Numbered from the stretch's first letter, positions 20,665 to 31,611 are shown. The stretch: DNA of 64,000 nt from an uncultured Chloroflexia bacterium (GCA_963768655.1 CAVYIM010000004.1:512001-576000); one strand, 5' to 3'. A program made the numbers and translations. Notes: generated by a model from the letters alone, not told the origin.

Positions 20665-21357
20665 TTGGATGTATCACGGTTCTGCACTCGGTGTGGCGCG
20701 CCTGCGGCGCCTGAGAATGCGTTCTGTGGAAGGTGTGGCGCATCCGTGAGGCCCGGAGATGACGGGCCGCTGTCCGCTGCCCTAACGGCGCCTGTCGCTG
20801 TCGCCGGACGGACCGCCCCGAAACGGTCGATTCCGACGTGGGCGAAGATCCTAACCATTGGCGTGGTGATTGCGGCACTGGTTGGCGTTGGCTCTTACGG
20901 TTACTGCCAGTTAGGGCGCGGTGCCGCTTCGCCCAGCCCAACACAGCTGCCTACCGCAACGCCGTCACCAATTCCCACCGCCGCTCCCATGCCGACGCCA
21001 GATATTGAGATGGAGGCCGCAGCCACTCATGTGGCCGATGCGATCGACAGCATCGAGGGAATGCCGCCATTCGATGAGGCCGATGACACCGCGTGGGTTG
21101 CCTTAGTCGCGACTCTTGCTGGCTCAGAGGCCGACTGGATCGAGCAACAGCCGCCCCGAATTCAGGGTCAGGCCGTAATCGCTGATGCCCACGATCATCT
21201 GCGCCACCTGGCCTCCAGCCCCGAAGTCTGCCTGTACGCCACGGGAGCAACAGAAGCTGCCCTCGGCTTCTGTTGGGATCTGCATTACCAGCCTGACCTC
21301 GTGTATCTCAAGGGCATGCTGCCAAGCCTGAGCGAACTGGCCGCGTCCGGCACCTGA
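20665..21357 (+). CDS. Zinc-ribbon domain single-pass membrane protein
   Basis: FCTRCG...AFCGRCG, TM WAKILTIGVVIAALVG, then a P/T linker. Confidence 0.8.
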   Translation: MDVSRFCTRCGAPAAPENAFCGRCGASVRPGDDGPLSAALTAPVAVAGRTAPKRSIPTWAKILTIGVVIAALVGVGSYGYCQLGRGAASPSPTQLPTATPSPIPTAAPMPTPDIEMEAAATHVADAIDSIEGMPPFDEADDTAWVALVATLAGSEADWIEQQPPRIQGQAVIADAHDHLRHLASSPEVCLYATGATEAALGFCWDLHYQPDLVYLKGMLPSLSELAASGT

Positions 21358-21365
21358 TCATTGGT

Positions 21366-21720
21366 TCAGCTGCCGGAATTGCTTTCTTCGTCGACTCGGC
21401 CTTGGTGAGCTTGACCTCTAGGAGTCCGAAGTTCGTCTAGGAGACGTCCAAGCCCCCGATACGCGGCGAGCGTGCGCCGGAATGCGGGAAGGACGAGCGG
21501 CCGTGCAAGCGTGGCCGCTTCCGCCTTGAGGTCGATCCGAGCCAGCTCCGCGCTCGTCAGAGCCACCAGGACGGTGCGGACGACCAGCAAACCGAAAGAG
21601 TGCCAACTCGGCAAAGGCTTCGACGGTCTCCCGAACCGCGAGCAACAGGACGCCCGCGAGCGTTCCGAGCAACGCAACCCAGACCTGCCTGTTCGAGAAG
21701 AGGCGGCTCAGTCGGATCAT
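21366..21720 (-). pseudogene. Possible small membrane protein, frameshifted
   Basis: MIRLSRLFSNRQVWVALLGTLAGVLLLAV appears to continue in another frame as LLVVRTVLVALTSAELAR. Confidence 0.35.
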
Positions 21721-21940
21721 GTCGTCAGCATTGCGAGCCCGGCGACGCCTCGGGCGGGTCTGGTCGAGCATCGCCGACCCCGTGCGCCCGGGTGCATGGA
21801 GCAGCCCGAGAGTGAGTGCCTTCGACGTGATCTGGCCATCCGAGTTCCAGGCGTGTTCGATCGTCACGGTCAAACTGACGCCAGCCGAGCGGCTGTAAAA
21901 CCGTGGCCTACAGGAGCGTCGGCAGTCGTACCATGAACAA

Positions 21941-22381
21941 ATGCCCGACCCAATCGCCACTGCGCTAATCGCTGGCCTGAGCGCGGTTGTCGGCGGTCTC
22001 ATCGCAGCAATCGGCAAGCCGTGGGGCCAGGACTGGGTGGCTCGCCAGGCTGAGAAACGCGCCGCGCAAAGAGCACGCGAGGCCGAATACAGGGTGCGTC
22101 TCGAACGTGTGCTGCAACTCCTCGGAATAGTCTCGGTCGAAGGATGGCCCACGCCGGAACACGAGCGAGAAGGGCACGAGCTACCCGCGGCGGCTTACGC
22201 TGTCAACGACCAATTGCTGATTGATGCGGTGACCAGAATGTCGGGTTTCTCTCGCACTTCTACCGAATGGGCCGCCGCTCGTAACGCTGCCAACCGGCGG
22301 GTCGGCGAACTTCTGAGTAGCCAACTGTTGGTCCCCGACCCTTTGGTTCGCGCCAAACTTGGAACGAAACTCGACGAGTGA
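21941..22381 (+). CDS. Hypothetical protein with N-terminal TM helix
   Basis: MPDPIATALIAGLSAVVGGLIAAIG; overlaps the HNH start (GTGA). Confidence 0.65.
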   Translation: MPDPIATALIAGLSAVVGGLIAAIGKPWGQDWVARQAEKRAAQRAREAEYRVRLERVLQLLGIVSVEGWPTPEHEREGHELPAAAYAVNDQLLIDAVTRMSGFSRTSTEWAAARNAANRRVGELLSSQLLVPDPLVRAKLGTKLDE

Positions 22382-22918
22382 TCGTGACCACGAGACAGCC
22401 GGCGCCTTTCGAAAGCTACCCAGAGGGCGGACGCATGCTCCTCAGACGGCCGAAGTCCGGGGACGGCTCTGCCCGCGGTGGCTATGGCCGCGATGTCCTC
22501 GTTTGGTGTGGGTTCAGGTGCGCTTACTGCGGGCTCGACATAGAGCAGTTCGAGGGCTGGCTGCAACTGTCGGTGGGACCACGTGATACCACGGCAGGCT
22601 AAGGTGCTCGGCTATCCGAAGGACTGGCTGCGGAACCAGATCAACACTGTTGCGTGCTGCCGCCCATGCAACGACTTGTACAACCGAGAACAGCCCGCCG
22701 AACCCGCCCCGGCCACGCTCGAGGAATTCCTTGAGATCCGTTACGCCGCATTCCGCCGCCGCAAGGCCCACATTCTCGAACGTCGCGAGGCTGAGCGTGT
22801 CAAGTTCGCGAATACGTCCGCGCAACGGGCGACGGCGCTTAGCGGACCTAGCCGGGCATCTGGCTCTCCGCCGCATTCGCTGCGTTCAGCCCGATGCAAC
22901 CGCCGATCTTCGCCCTGA
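22378..22918 (+). pseudogene. HNH endonuclease, one frameshift
   Basis: CAYCG...LSV[DH]VIP...NTVACCRPCN; removing one G from GTGGGACCAC restores VDHVIP. Confidence 0.8.
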
Positions 22919-23294
22919 TCTGGTTGACCGTGTCCAACATGAGCTGACCCTTGTGTCGGCTCGCAGCCAAGTCATCCTTGAGCATCGGAAACACGATATC
23001 GGCTTGCGCCATGCAGTCCTGATCGGTGCCTCCGTCGCCCTTACGGAGTTGTACGTCGTGCTTCTCCACGAAGTTATCGATGCCGGCGGAAAGAAGAACG
23101 ACCAGCAGCACCCGAGTCCAGGTGTCCCGACAGTCGCGCTTGCATGAAACGACCACGATCCACCGCTCGTCCCGGGGCGGATGCACCACTCCGTGCGCTT
23201 TCGGCAGCACAACATCGGCAGGGTCAACGGTGAAGACGTCACCTGGCCGGAGAACGGTACCTTCGGCTCCCGCCGCGCTATCTGCCGGCGCCAC
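22848..23294 (-). CDS. PemK/MazF-like toxin
   Basis: RPGDVFTVD...RWIVVVS...LLVVLLS...GGTDQDCMAQADIVFPM.K..L...GQL; lies directly downstream of the Panacea gene. Confidence 0.7.
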   Translation of the reverse strand: MAPADSAAGAEGTVLRPGDVFTVDPADVVLPKAHGVVHPPRDERWIVVVSCKRDCRDTWTRVLLVVLLSAGIDNFVEKHDVQLRKGDGGTDQDCMAQADIVFPMLKDDLAASRHKGQLMLDTVNQIRAKIGGCIGLNAANAAESQMPG

Positions 23295-23904
23295 TGAGTG
23301 CGCGGTTCACGAACGGTGCCATCGCCGCCAGAGCGTCCTTCTGTTTGGCGACCCTGTCTGCAAGCTCTTGCTGTCGTTCTGGCGTGGCCGTTTCCGGCTC
23401 TTCTGCAATTGCCCTAGGGTCAGTCATACGGTGAAAGTCGATAGGCGTGTCGATGAGCTCGTGCCGCGACGACGCTCTTCGATTTCAATGAGCCGCATAG
23501 GTGTAGTGGCATACGCCAGCCGCTTCACCTCGTCATCGGTAAGTCGAGACGTCAGCGCCAAGATGCGTCGAGCACTTGGATCGCGTCCTCGCTGAGCTGA
23601 GGCTCGAACCTCGGAGCAGGCCCTCTGCGGACCTCGGCACTTCGCGGCCGGAGTTGGTTTGCCGCTTCTCGTCTTCGGTCTCGTGCCCCTTCATCTCGCC
23701 TAGCGATGGAAGCATCGCCTTCGTCATGGGCCCGTACTTCTCGCGGACCCAGGTGGCATCGGTGATCGTCCGCCCCGTCTCAAGGTAGTGCTCCAAGTCG
23801 GCAAGGTACAGGAGCTTGTGGAGCCGCGTCATGCGAACTGACTCCGTCCTCAGCACGATGGCCAGGATTGCTTGTCTGAAGGGGGTCGACTCGGGCGCAG
23901 TCAC
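23278..23904 (-). pseudogene. Panacea (DUF4065/SocA-like) antitoxin, frameshifted
   Basis: TRLHKLLYLADLEHYLETGRTIT...W.REKYGPM; later LAYATTPM in another frame; stop overlaps the toxin start. Confidence 0.8.
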
Positions 23905-23941
23905 GCCTATATCGTAGCTGCCCCGCGCGAAGCTGCAACGG

Positions 23942-25530
23942 TCAATACTGCAAGGGCGTTCTAGACTCCCAGCGCGAAAGGGCGGTCGCCGACTGGCTTC
24001 CCCGGTCCATCCCTTTGAGACTATTCCGAGTCGTAGTCCTCTGGGGCCTCGGCAGCACGGCCAACAACTGCAGCTCTTCGGGCCTCGCGGCCGCCGCCCT
24101 CCCGGCTCGGCGGTGCGTCACGTTGGCACCGGTGACGTGCGGATAATCGACGCCCTGGCCGCCGAGCAACTGGCTGATCGTTCGAAGCTGAAGGCGGGGA
24201 TGTTTGCCCCAGGGCGACTCAAACCCGGCTTCTGCCGCTTCCGCTCGCATTCCCGTACTGGGCTCCTCGAATGAGAGCAGGACGCCGATCTCCGCCCGTT
24301 CGCGTTCAACGACTCCTCGCAAGTCGCGGACATAGTTCGGGACCAAGTGTCCGGCCTTGACGCTGAACACAATCTGACGAGTCTCGGAGCCGCCCTCATG
24401 GAAGTAGAGGCGGCCGTCGATCCCCTTGTCGCCGCCCTTCTTGTCGCTGCCGGCGATTCTGGCACCGACGAGCCCGAGAGCCCAAGCCTGGAACTGGAAC
24501 GGGTCATCTTTGGCGAGCACGCGCGCGTCGTCGACTGTCGTCGGCTCGCCGATCACGCGGTAGGTCTTGGCGATCTCCGGGCCGTAGCGATCGACGAGGC
24601 GGTGCTTGATCAGGCCGATGGAAAGATGAGTGATGTCGATGCCGATCCAACGGCGGCCGAGGGCTTGCGCCGCGTCCACCGTCGTTCCGCAGCCACAGAA
24701 CGGGTCGAGCACTTCGTCGCCAGGGTCGCTCGCCATCTCGATTATCCGGGCCAATAGGGCGACGGGTTTCTGCGTCGGATAGCCGAGCTTCTCGCGGCTG
24801 GCCGGTTGGAGCATTGGCATGCGCCACACGTCGTCAGCCATCCGGTGGGTTCGCTCTCTATGTACTGGACGTGCCCGTCCTCGCCCTTCGCGTTGACGAG
24901 CCTCTGCGTCTCGCCGTCCCAGGCGACGTTTGAGCATCTTCGCCGGGCCGCCCTCGCGAGCTTCCATGACCGGGTGAAACATGAACTCGCGGCTCTTCGA
25001 GTACCAGAAGATCAAGTCGTGGTCGGAGGCCAGCCGATGAATGTTGCCTTGCATCTTGTTGAAGTAGTGCCAGACGATCTCGTTCCGGAAGGCGGCCGGT
25101 CCAAAGACAGCATCGAGGAGCACCTTCAGGTAGTGGCTGGCGGACGGGTCGCAGTGGAGATACAGCTCCCGGTCGATTTCAACACTCGCCGCAGTTCGAC
25201 CAGCCGAGGTGCCATCATCGACAGGTAGGCGAGCATGTCGTTATCGCCTAGCACGGTCCGGAATGCCTGCATCGGCCAACGAACCTGACCGCCGCCGGAC
25301 TCGACCACCTCTTCATAGGCGGCTGGGCTGAACGTTCCATTCCACGTATCCTCGAATGCCTTGATCTGGGCGGCGGACCCCGTCGCCATGTTCCGCGAAC
25401 AGCACGTTGTAGTTCTGGTCCGACTTGAACGGCGGGTCAAGATAGACGAGATCGACGGACTCGTCGCGACGTATCGCTGGAGAACGTCGAGGTTGTCGCC
25501 GTAATAGAGGAGGTTCGGTTCCCCGCTCAT
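23942..25530 (-). pseudogene. N4/N6 DNA methyltransferase fused to a C-terminal Mrr-like endonuclease domain, several frameshifts
   Basis: YYGDNLDVL, LVYLDPPF, GYPTQKP..LL.RII, VLDPFCGCGTT, then FQFQAWAL...DKGIDG...VSVKAG. Confidence 0.85.
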
Positions 25531-25696
25531 CCGTCTCTCCAGCAGTTCGCCCGGTGCCAGGCGGGCCGCCTGGCCGTGTCCATCCTAGTCGACCCGTAGC
25601 CCGCGACGCAGATCCCTTGGGCGCGCCGACTAAACGACCGGCTGGCCGCGAGGGGGAACGGCCGGCCGGTCGGACACGTGGGGTAGGGTAGACGCC

Positions 25697-26726
25697 TCAG
25701 CCGTCGGTCGGGCGGCGAGACGGCAATTCGGGCCCCTCGGTGGCCGCCCTCGGCCGCCGCCCGTCTGCGCTGTGGGCCCAGCGGCAACGCTCCCCGCACC
25801 AGCGCTGGCCGCGCCGCTTTGGTCGGAACGTGTTGCCGCAGTGACCGCAGGGCCGCGGCGCCCGCCAGCTCGTCTGTAGCAGCGATCCGACAGAGGTGAT
25901 GGCCGGCCAGCTCGCCTCATCGAGCGTCTTCTGGTAGGCGGTGGCCAGCGGTCCGACGGCCAGGTCGAACCCTGCAGGCGCATGCCGTTCTCGGTCGGGG
26001 CCACGTGGGCAGAGACCTTGAGCAGCCGCTGCATGGGCCCGGCGAGGACGTAGCTCAGGCAGTACAGGGCCTGGATGTAGGCTCCGGCGCCTTTCCAGCT
26101 CGCGTCGGTCGGAACAGCCACGCCATACAGCCGAGCGAGGTTCGTTCCGGACATGGCCTGGTGATCAGGGTCGCGCTGGACATCGGTGAGAAAGCCCGGC
26201 TGGTAGTTCATCTGGCGCTCGACCTCGGCCCGAAGCTCGGCGCCGCGTAGCTCGCGGATCGCGCGGAGAATTGCCCGAGCCTGGGCGAAGTAGCGCAGGG
26301 CGAGCCCGATCTCTTCCACGCTCTCGCCCCGTTCCCGCCGGGCGGCTCGGACGCCAACAAATCCTTCGCTCTCACCCACGCGAGGATGGACGCTGCGTCG
26401 CCCGCTCCGAGGGCCACCAGCTCATCGGATAGGCCGGCACGATCCGACGGTCTCCAGATGCGGGCCGGCCCGTGCAGTTCCGGGGTGGTATCCACGATCC
26501 GACGGACCCACAACTCGCCCGAGGCGAGCTTGTACTCGCCGCGGCGCAGCCGGGTCCAGTTGCCGCGGGTGTCGGGCTGGGCGTACTTCGGCTCGCCGGC
26601 GAGTCGGAGCACCGGCCCTGGGTCCATGACGAACCTATCTACGGCGTCCTCGACGTCGTAGCTCTCCCCTACGGTCCAGCTCGTGGCGTCCAGCGCCGCG
26701 TCCGTCCCGGCCCTTGTCTCCGCCAT
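25697..26726 (-). pseudogene. Hypothetical protein with a C-terminal CGNR-like zinc finger, frameshifted
   Basis: Manual translation of the 3' part gives RPCGHCGNTFRPKRRGQRWCGERCRW; divergent from the XRE gene. Confidence 0.6.
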
Positions 26727-26787
26727 GGCGTCCCTCGCTTAGTCCACGTGTTCGATTTCGTCCATGGTACCGGAGATAGTTCGCTCT

Positions 26788-27018
26788 ATGACTAGCAACG
26801 ATCGCTCCCAACGACCAACCGGACTCAACCTCAAGTTCGCCCGCCTCGCCCGTGGCGTCCAGGCGCGGGCGATCGCGGCCTCGCTCGGGGTCTCGCCGCA
26901 GCGGGTCTCGACCATCGAAGCCTCCCTCCACCCCAGCCCCGAGATGGCCGCGCGCTACCTGGCTGCGCTCGATGCCCTCGCCCCGGCGGGCGACCCGGAA
27001 GGGGGCCGCCGCCCATGA
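26788..27018 (+). CDS. XRE-family HTH regulator
   Basis: LKFARLARGVQARAIAASLGVSPQRVSTIE. Confidence 0.8.
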   Translation: MTSNDRSQRPTGLNLKFARLARGVQARAIAASLGVSPQRVSTIEASLHPSPEMAARYLAALDALAPAGDPEGGRRP

Positions 27019-27209
27019 ACAGCAGGCGCTGTCTCTCCTGTGGCGACCAGCTCGACATCACGAGCCGGTCGGATCGGCGGACCTGCTCGGATCTCTGCCG
27101 AAAGCGCAAGTCGCTGGCGGGGCAAGCTCAGCGTCGCGCACTGCGCCTCAGAGCCCACGCCCCGCGGCGTGGAGGCCGCCGAAGGTCCACTGGCTTCCTC
27201 GGGCGCTAA
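27015..27209 (+). CDS. Small zinc-finger protein
   Basis: CLSCG...RSDRRTCSDLCR; ATGA-coupled to the HTH gene. Confidence 0.6.
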   Translation: MNSRRCLSCGDQLDITSRSDRRTCSDLCRKRKSLAGQAQRRALRLRAHAPRRGGRRRSTGFLGR

Positions 27210-27233
27210 CTGTGAAGGAAGGGGCTCACAGCT

Positions 27234-28550
27234 GTGACAGACCCCGCGCACGCCCCGGAGCCGATGGGCGCGATCACTGGGCGGCTTGGTTTCCCGGAGC
27301 GAGCCATCGCGCCGGACCAGATACGGCCGGAGGTGGTCATCACGCACCTCTCGACGGTGAAGCCATTGCCACTCGAATGGTTGTGGCAAGGCTACATTCC
27401 GGCGGGGATGATCACGATCATCGACGGCGACCCAGGTCTGGGCAAGAGCATGCTGACGCTCGATCTGGTGGCCAAGGTGACTCGCGGATTGCCGATGCCG
27501 GGGAGCCGGCCTGAGTCCGCCGGAAGGCCCAGAGGCGCCGTCCTGCTCTCAGCTGAAGACGACCTCGCGCACACCATAGTCCCGCGGCTCATCGCTGCCG
27601 GGGCCGACCTGGACCGCGTGGTGGTCGTGAGTCTGCGGGAGCGCGACGGCACCTCCCGGGAGCCCATCATTACTCCGGCCGACCTTGAGGCAGTCGAGAA
27701 GGCCATCGTCGAGGTCGACGCCGCGATCGTCATCATCGATCCCCTGGTGGCCTACTTGCCAGCCACGGCCAGTGCCAATCGCGACCAGGACGTGCGTTGC
27801 ACCCTGGCACCCCTGGCGGACCTCGCCGAGAGAACCGGGGCCGCGGTCGTCGTGGTGCGGCATCTGCGCAAGGCGGCCGCCGACAACGCGCTGTACCGAG
27901 GCGGAGGATCGATCGCCTTCATCGGTGCCGCCCGGGTTGGGTTGCTCGTGGCTCTCGACCCCGACGACGAAACCGAACAGCGGCGCATCCTCGCCAGCCT
28001 CAAGAGCAACGTCGGACCCAAGCCGCCGAGACTCATCTTCACCGTGGAAGTCCATCCGGGCCAGCCTCAGCCCCGAATTGTCTGGCGTGGCGAGACCGAC
28101 CATCGCGCCGACGATCTCCTGGTCCCCATGGACCGTGGCGAACGGAGCGCCATCGACGACGCCAAGGAGTTCCTGATCGAGCTGCTCGCGGGCGGGCCGG
28201 TGCCGTCCCGCGAGGTCGAAAGGCAGGGCTTGGAGGCCGCCATCTCCAAGGCCAGCCTTGGGCGGGCCAAGACGCTTCTGAGGGTCAAGTCGACCAGACC
28301 CGAGGGCTTCACCGGGCCGTGGTTCTGGGCGCTGCCCGAGACGTACATGCGCAACGAAGGCCGTACATCCTCACCTCTCGAAGTTGAGGACGTACGGGCA
28401 GGCCTGAGGAGGTACGGGGCCGCCAGCACCGGCACGGCCGACGCCGCGGCGGACGGGCCGAGTGCCCGGTGGCATTGCCCGGCCGGGTCCGGGCACGCCC
28501 CGGCGACCCACCCCGACGGCACGATCTACTGCGGGACGTGCCATCCATGA
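27234..28550 (+). CDS. AAA_25 / RepA-like helicase-type ATPase (element replication)
   Basis: EWLWQGYIPAG, GDPGLGKS (Walker A), SAEDD, IIDP, VVRHLRK, GSIAF...AR, KSN. Confidence 0.88.
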   Translation: MTDPAHAPEPMGAITGRLGFPERAIAPDQIRPEVVITHLSTVKPLPLEWLWQGYIPAGMITIIDGDPGLGKSMLTLDLVAKVTRGLPMPGSRPESAGRPRGAVLLSAEDDLAHTIVPRLIAAGADLDRVVVVSLRERDGTSREPIITPADLEAVEKAIVEVDAAIVIIDPLVAYLPATASANRDQDVRCTLAPLADLAERTGAAVVVVRHLRKAAADNALYRGGGSIAFIGAARVGLLVALDPDDETEQRRILASLKSNVGPKPPRLIFTVEVHPGQPQPRIVWRGETDHRADDLLVPMDRGERSAIDDAKEFLIELLAGGPVPSREVERQGLEAAISKASLGRAKTLLRVKSTRPEGFTGPWFWALPETYMRNEGRTSSPLEVEDVRAGLRRYGAASTGTADAAADGPSARWHCPAGSGHAPATHPDGTIYCGTCHP

Positions 28551-29242
28551 GCAGCATCCGCCGGGCTGCGCCGGGTTTCGATCCAGCCAGAGACGACTCT
28601 TTCGTGCTGCCGACCCGCCAGCAGGCCGAAGATGCGGGCGCAAATGCCCTCGCCGCTCTCCTGCGCCGGGGCATCGAAAGGCACCTACGGGAACCCGGGG
28701 CCACATTCGATGACGCGCTTCGAGAAGCGGCCCGCGATGTCCTCCGAGGCTCGCTCGACGAGGCCATCAGGGGCCAGCGGGGCGGGTACTGCATGCGCGC
28801 GCCGACCGACCCGGTCCTCTATGCGATCGGACGTCTCGGCGCCGCTCTCGTGGAGCTGAGCTACACAGTGCGCAATCCGGCCCGCGCCGTTGCGGAAGCG
28901 GCCCGGCTGTTCGGCGAGTATTCCCGCCGCTCCGTCGCCATCAACATCGCTATCAACGCCGCCAGCACCGCCGCCAAGGCCGGGTCCACCCCGACCGATG
29001 CCCCGGACAGGCCCCTCGACCAACCGGCAAGGTCCGGGTCCGACCGCACCGACACCGCCGTCCTCGCCGGCAACCGCCCGGCAGAGCCCGTGTCCGGCCC
29101 GGCCGGGACCGCGGCCCTGGCCGGCAATCGGCCCTCAAAGCCCGAGTCCAGGTCCAGACGGGCCGCTGATGCTGTGCTCTCGATCACCAACGTCGCAGAG
29201 CCCGTGCCCAGCCGGGAAGCTCGGCCCGGGAGCCGGCGATGA
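28547..29242 (+). CDS. Hypothetical protein with a repetitive C-terminus
   Basis: ATGA-coupled to the AAA gene; LAGNRP..P.S repeated. Confidence 0.5.
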   Translation: MSSIRRAAPGFDPARDDSFVLPTRQQAEDAGANALAALLRRGIERHLREPGATFDDALREAARDVLRGSLDEAIRGQRGGYCMRAPTDPVLYAIGRLGAALVELSYTVRNPARAVAEAARLFGEYSRRSVAINIAINAASTAAKAGSTPTDAPDRPLDQPARSGSDRTDTAVLAGNRPAEPVSGPAGTAALAGNRPSKPESRSRRAADAVLSITNVAEPVPSREARPGSRR

Positions 29243-29412
29243 ACCGCCCGCGCCCGCCGGCACAGACCCCGGGCTCGTCCACCTCATCGGGCCGTGCCCG
29301 GACCATCGAGCCCGGTGATCCGCTGGTGCGGGCCCTGGCGGTATGCGTCCGCCAGGCCTATGCGCGGCGTCGCACCGGCAGAACGGACTAGCGGAACGGA
29401 TGGCGTCGCGTT

Positions 29413-30908
29413 ATGACTAGCGTCATGCACCAGCTACCCCGCTTCCTGGACCAGATAGCCGGTCTGCGGGTGGCCCGCTGGCTCCGGGAATCCACGGTGG
29501 GCCAGTGGGACAACTGGGGGCCCGACTCTCAGCGCGAGCTTCAGGACCGGACCATCGCCCGTCACGGCCTCATCGATACCGGCCTCGTCTGGCAGAGCGC
29601 CAAGTCGGGCCGGACCGTGTACCAGAGCATCGAGTTCGGGGCCAGAGCGCCGCCGCGAAAGCCGGCAAGTTCGACATCCTGCTGGTCGGGTATGTCTCTC
29701 GGTTCCAGCGGAACCTCAAACAGACCCTGATCGCCGTCGACGAGCTTCATGCCCTCGGGGTTGCCGTCGTCTTCTGCGACGAGCGGATCGTCTCCTCGGA
29801 CCCCGAGCGCTGGGATGAGCTGGTCCGCGAGGCCCACGAGGCCGAGTCCTACAGTCGCAAGCTCGGCCGCCGGATCGGCGAAGGCCTCGCCGCCAAACGG
29901 CGCCGCCTGGGCGAACCCGGTGGCCAGCCCTCGTATGGATACATCCGGACCGGCAAGCCGCCGGTATTGGAGCCGGTCTCGGCCGAGCTGGAGCGGGTCA
30001 GGGCCGCGTTCGCCGCCGCTGCCGAGGGCATGACCGACCGCGAGGTCTCCGAGCGGGTCGGCCTCCCGTTCTACACCGTCCGGCACATCCTGACCAACCC
30101 GGTCTATGCCGGGCGCCTGCGGGACGGGACCCCGACCCGGGTCCCAGCGGTCATCGATCAACACACCTGGGACGCCGTCCAGCTCGCCCGGAGCCGGTTC
30201 AGCCGCCGGCATCCCGGCCGGCCCACGACCCGGCGTCCCTATGCGCTCTCCATGCTCCACTGCGCCGCCTGCGGCCGGCACCTAATCGGCCAGGCCGCCC
30301 GCTACCGCCACACCTTCCCGTGTCCCGAATGGCTCGGCGCCGCCCGGCCCGCACCGCGGGCTTTCCACAACTCGACCGACCATCGCCACAAGGGCGTGAG
30401 CTATCCCGCGGACTCGTATGAGAACTTGGTCCGCCAGGCCCTCGCTCACGTCAGCGCCAACGCCGAGCTGGCCGCCGTCGTCGTCGCGCGGCTCGCCGAA
30501 GACGAGACCGCACCCGATCCCGTCGCCCTGGCCCGCATCGAGCGTGACCGCGAAGCCGCCATGGCCCGCTACCGCCGCGACCGGGACACGGCCGCCCTGG
30601 AGGCGACCATGAGGTCGCTCGATCAGGAGGAGGCGACGGCCAGGGCCGCGCATACCGACGGGCTGACGTCAGAGGAGGCGATCGAGTCGCTGCGCGAGCT
30701 GCCGAAGCTCTGGGACGACGCCGAACCGTCGGGCCGCAAGCTCCTGGCCGAGGCTCTGTTCGAGCGGATCGATGTCCTGGCAGCCCGCAAGGTGAGGCTG
30801 CACCCGAGCGCATCTGCCAAGGCTCAGGGGTGGGACATTGCCTGGAATGGGGCTCGATTGGTTGTTATGGTCGGGGCGAGAGGAGTAGCGCCGACACCAT
30901 GCGGGTGA
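29413..30908 (+). CDS. Large serine recombinase (resolvase, recombinase and zinc-ribbon domains), one frameshift near 29645
   Basis: RWLRESTVGQ...SQ...SG...SRFQRN, PSYGY, ILTNPVYAG, PAVID..TWDAVQ, CAACG; the C-terminus VMVGARG runs through the att-like site. Confidence 0.9.
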
Positions 30909-30921
30909 TCGTTCGGGTCGG
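30870..30921 (+). repeat. att-like site R0 (overlaps the recombinase 3' end)
   Basis: GTCGGGGCGAGAGG-AGTAGCG-CCGACACCATGCGGGTGA. Confidence 0.8.
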
Positions 30922-31081
30922 TGTCTCGACCGAAGGGCGTAGCCAACGGGCTGGCCTGAGGCTGCACGTCCTGCGAGCCTGGTCCCCAGCCCTCATCCGT
31001 CGGCCCAGCTGCCGCGTATCCATGGCAGGGCAATCGACGTGGCGCAAGCCATCCGGGCTCAGCGGCTAGGGGGAGGCGCAC

Positions 31082-31543
31082 ATGCGTTGCAGGGCGCTCG
31101 CGTCGCTGCTGTTGCTGGCTCTCGTTCCCGCGGCGTGCGCTCCAGGCACCGCCACGCCAGCTCCCCCGAGCCTGTCGGACGCCGTCCGCACGGCGAAGCT
31201 GGCCCTGCGCGTCTCGATGGCCAGGGAGCTGCCCTGGTATGCGGCCCTGATCCTTGGCGACGACGGGATGCCGGCGGTGGAGATCGCGCAAGGCGACGTG
31301 CTGTATGTGCCCATTGATCCGAGCCGTCTCAACCCCAGCGCTGGCGAGGTCGCCAACGCAGGGTCCTCGGCGGTGGCGGTCGGGGACATATGTTTCACGA
31401 TTGCCGGCGAATACCTGCCAGTTGGCGAGTCCGCCGACTCCCTGGGCATCGAGTGGGTTTTCATGCGCGCGGCCGGGAGCACCATCTACGAGTGCCCCGT
31501 GCATCCTCCCGGCATAACCATCCTCCCATCGCAGCGCCCATGA
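31082..31543 (+). CDS. Cassette 1: putative lipoprotein
   Basis: MRCRALASLLLLALVPAAC (signal plus lipobox-like Cys); GGAGG RBS; only plausible gene between R0 and R1. Confidence 0.7.
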   Translation: MRCRALASLLLLALVPAACAPGTATPAPPSLSDAVRTAKLALRVSMARELPWYAALILGDDGMPAVEIAQGDVLYVPIDPSRLNPSAGEVANAGSSAVAVGDICFTIAGEYLPVGESADSLGIEWVFMRAAGSTIYECPVHPPGITILPSQRP

Positions 31544-31611
31544 CCAGACGAGAGGGGATCGTGAAGAGGTCACCCTGGCGTAGGCGTCTTGGGGCTCGCG
31601 TCTACCGCGAT

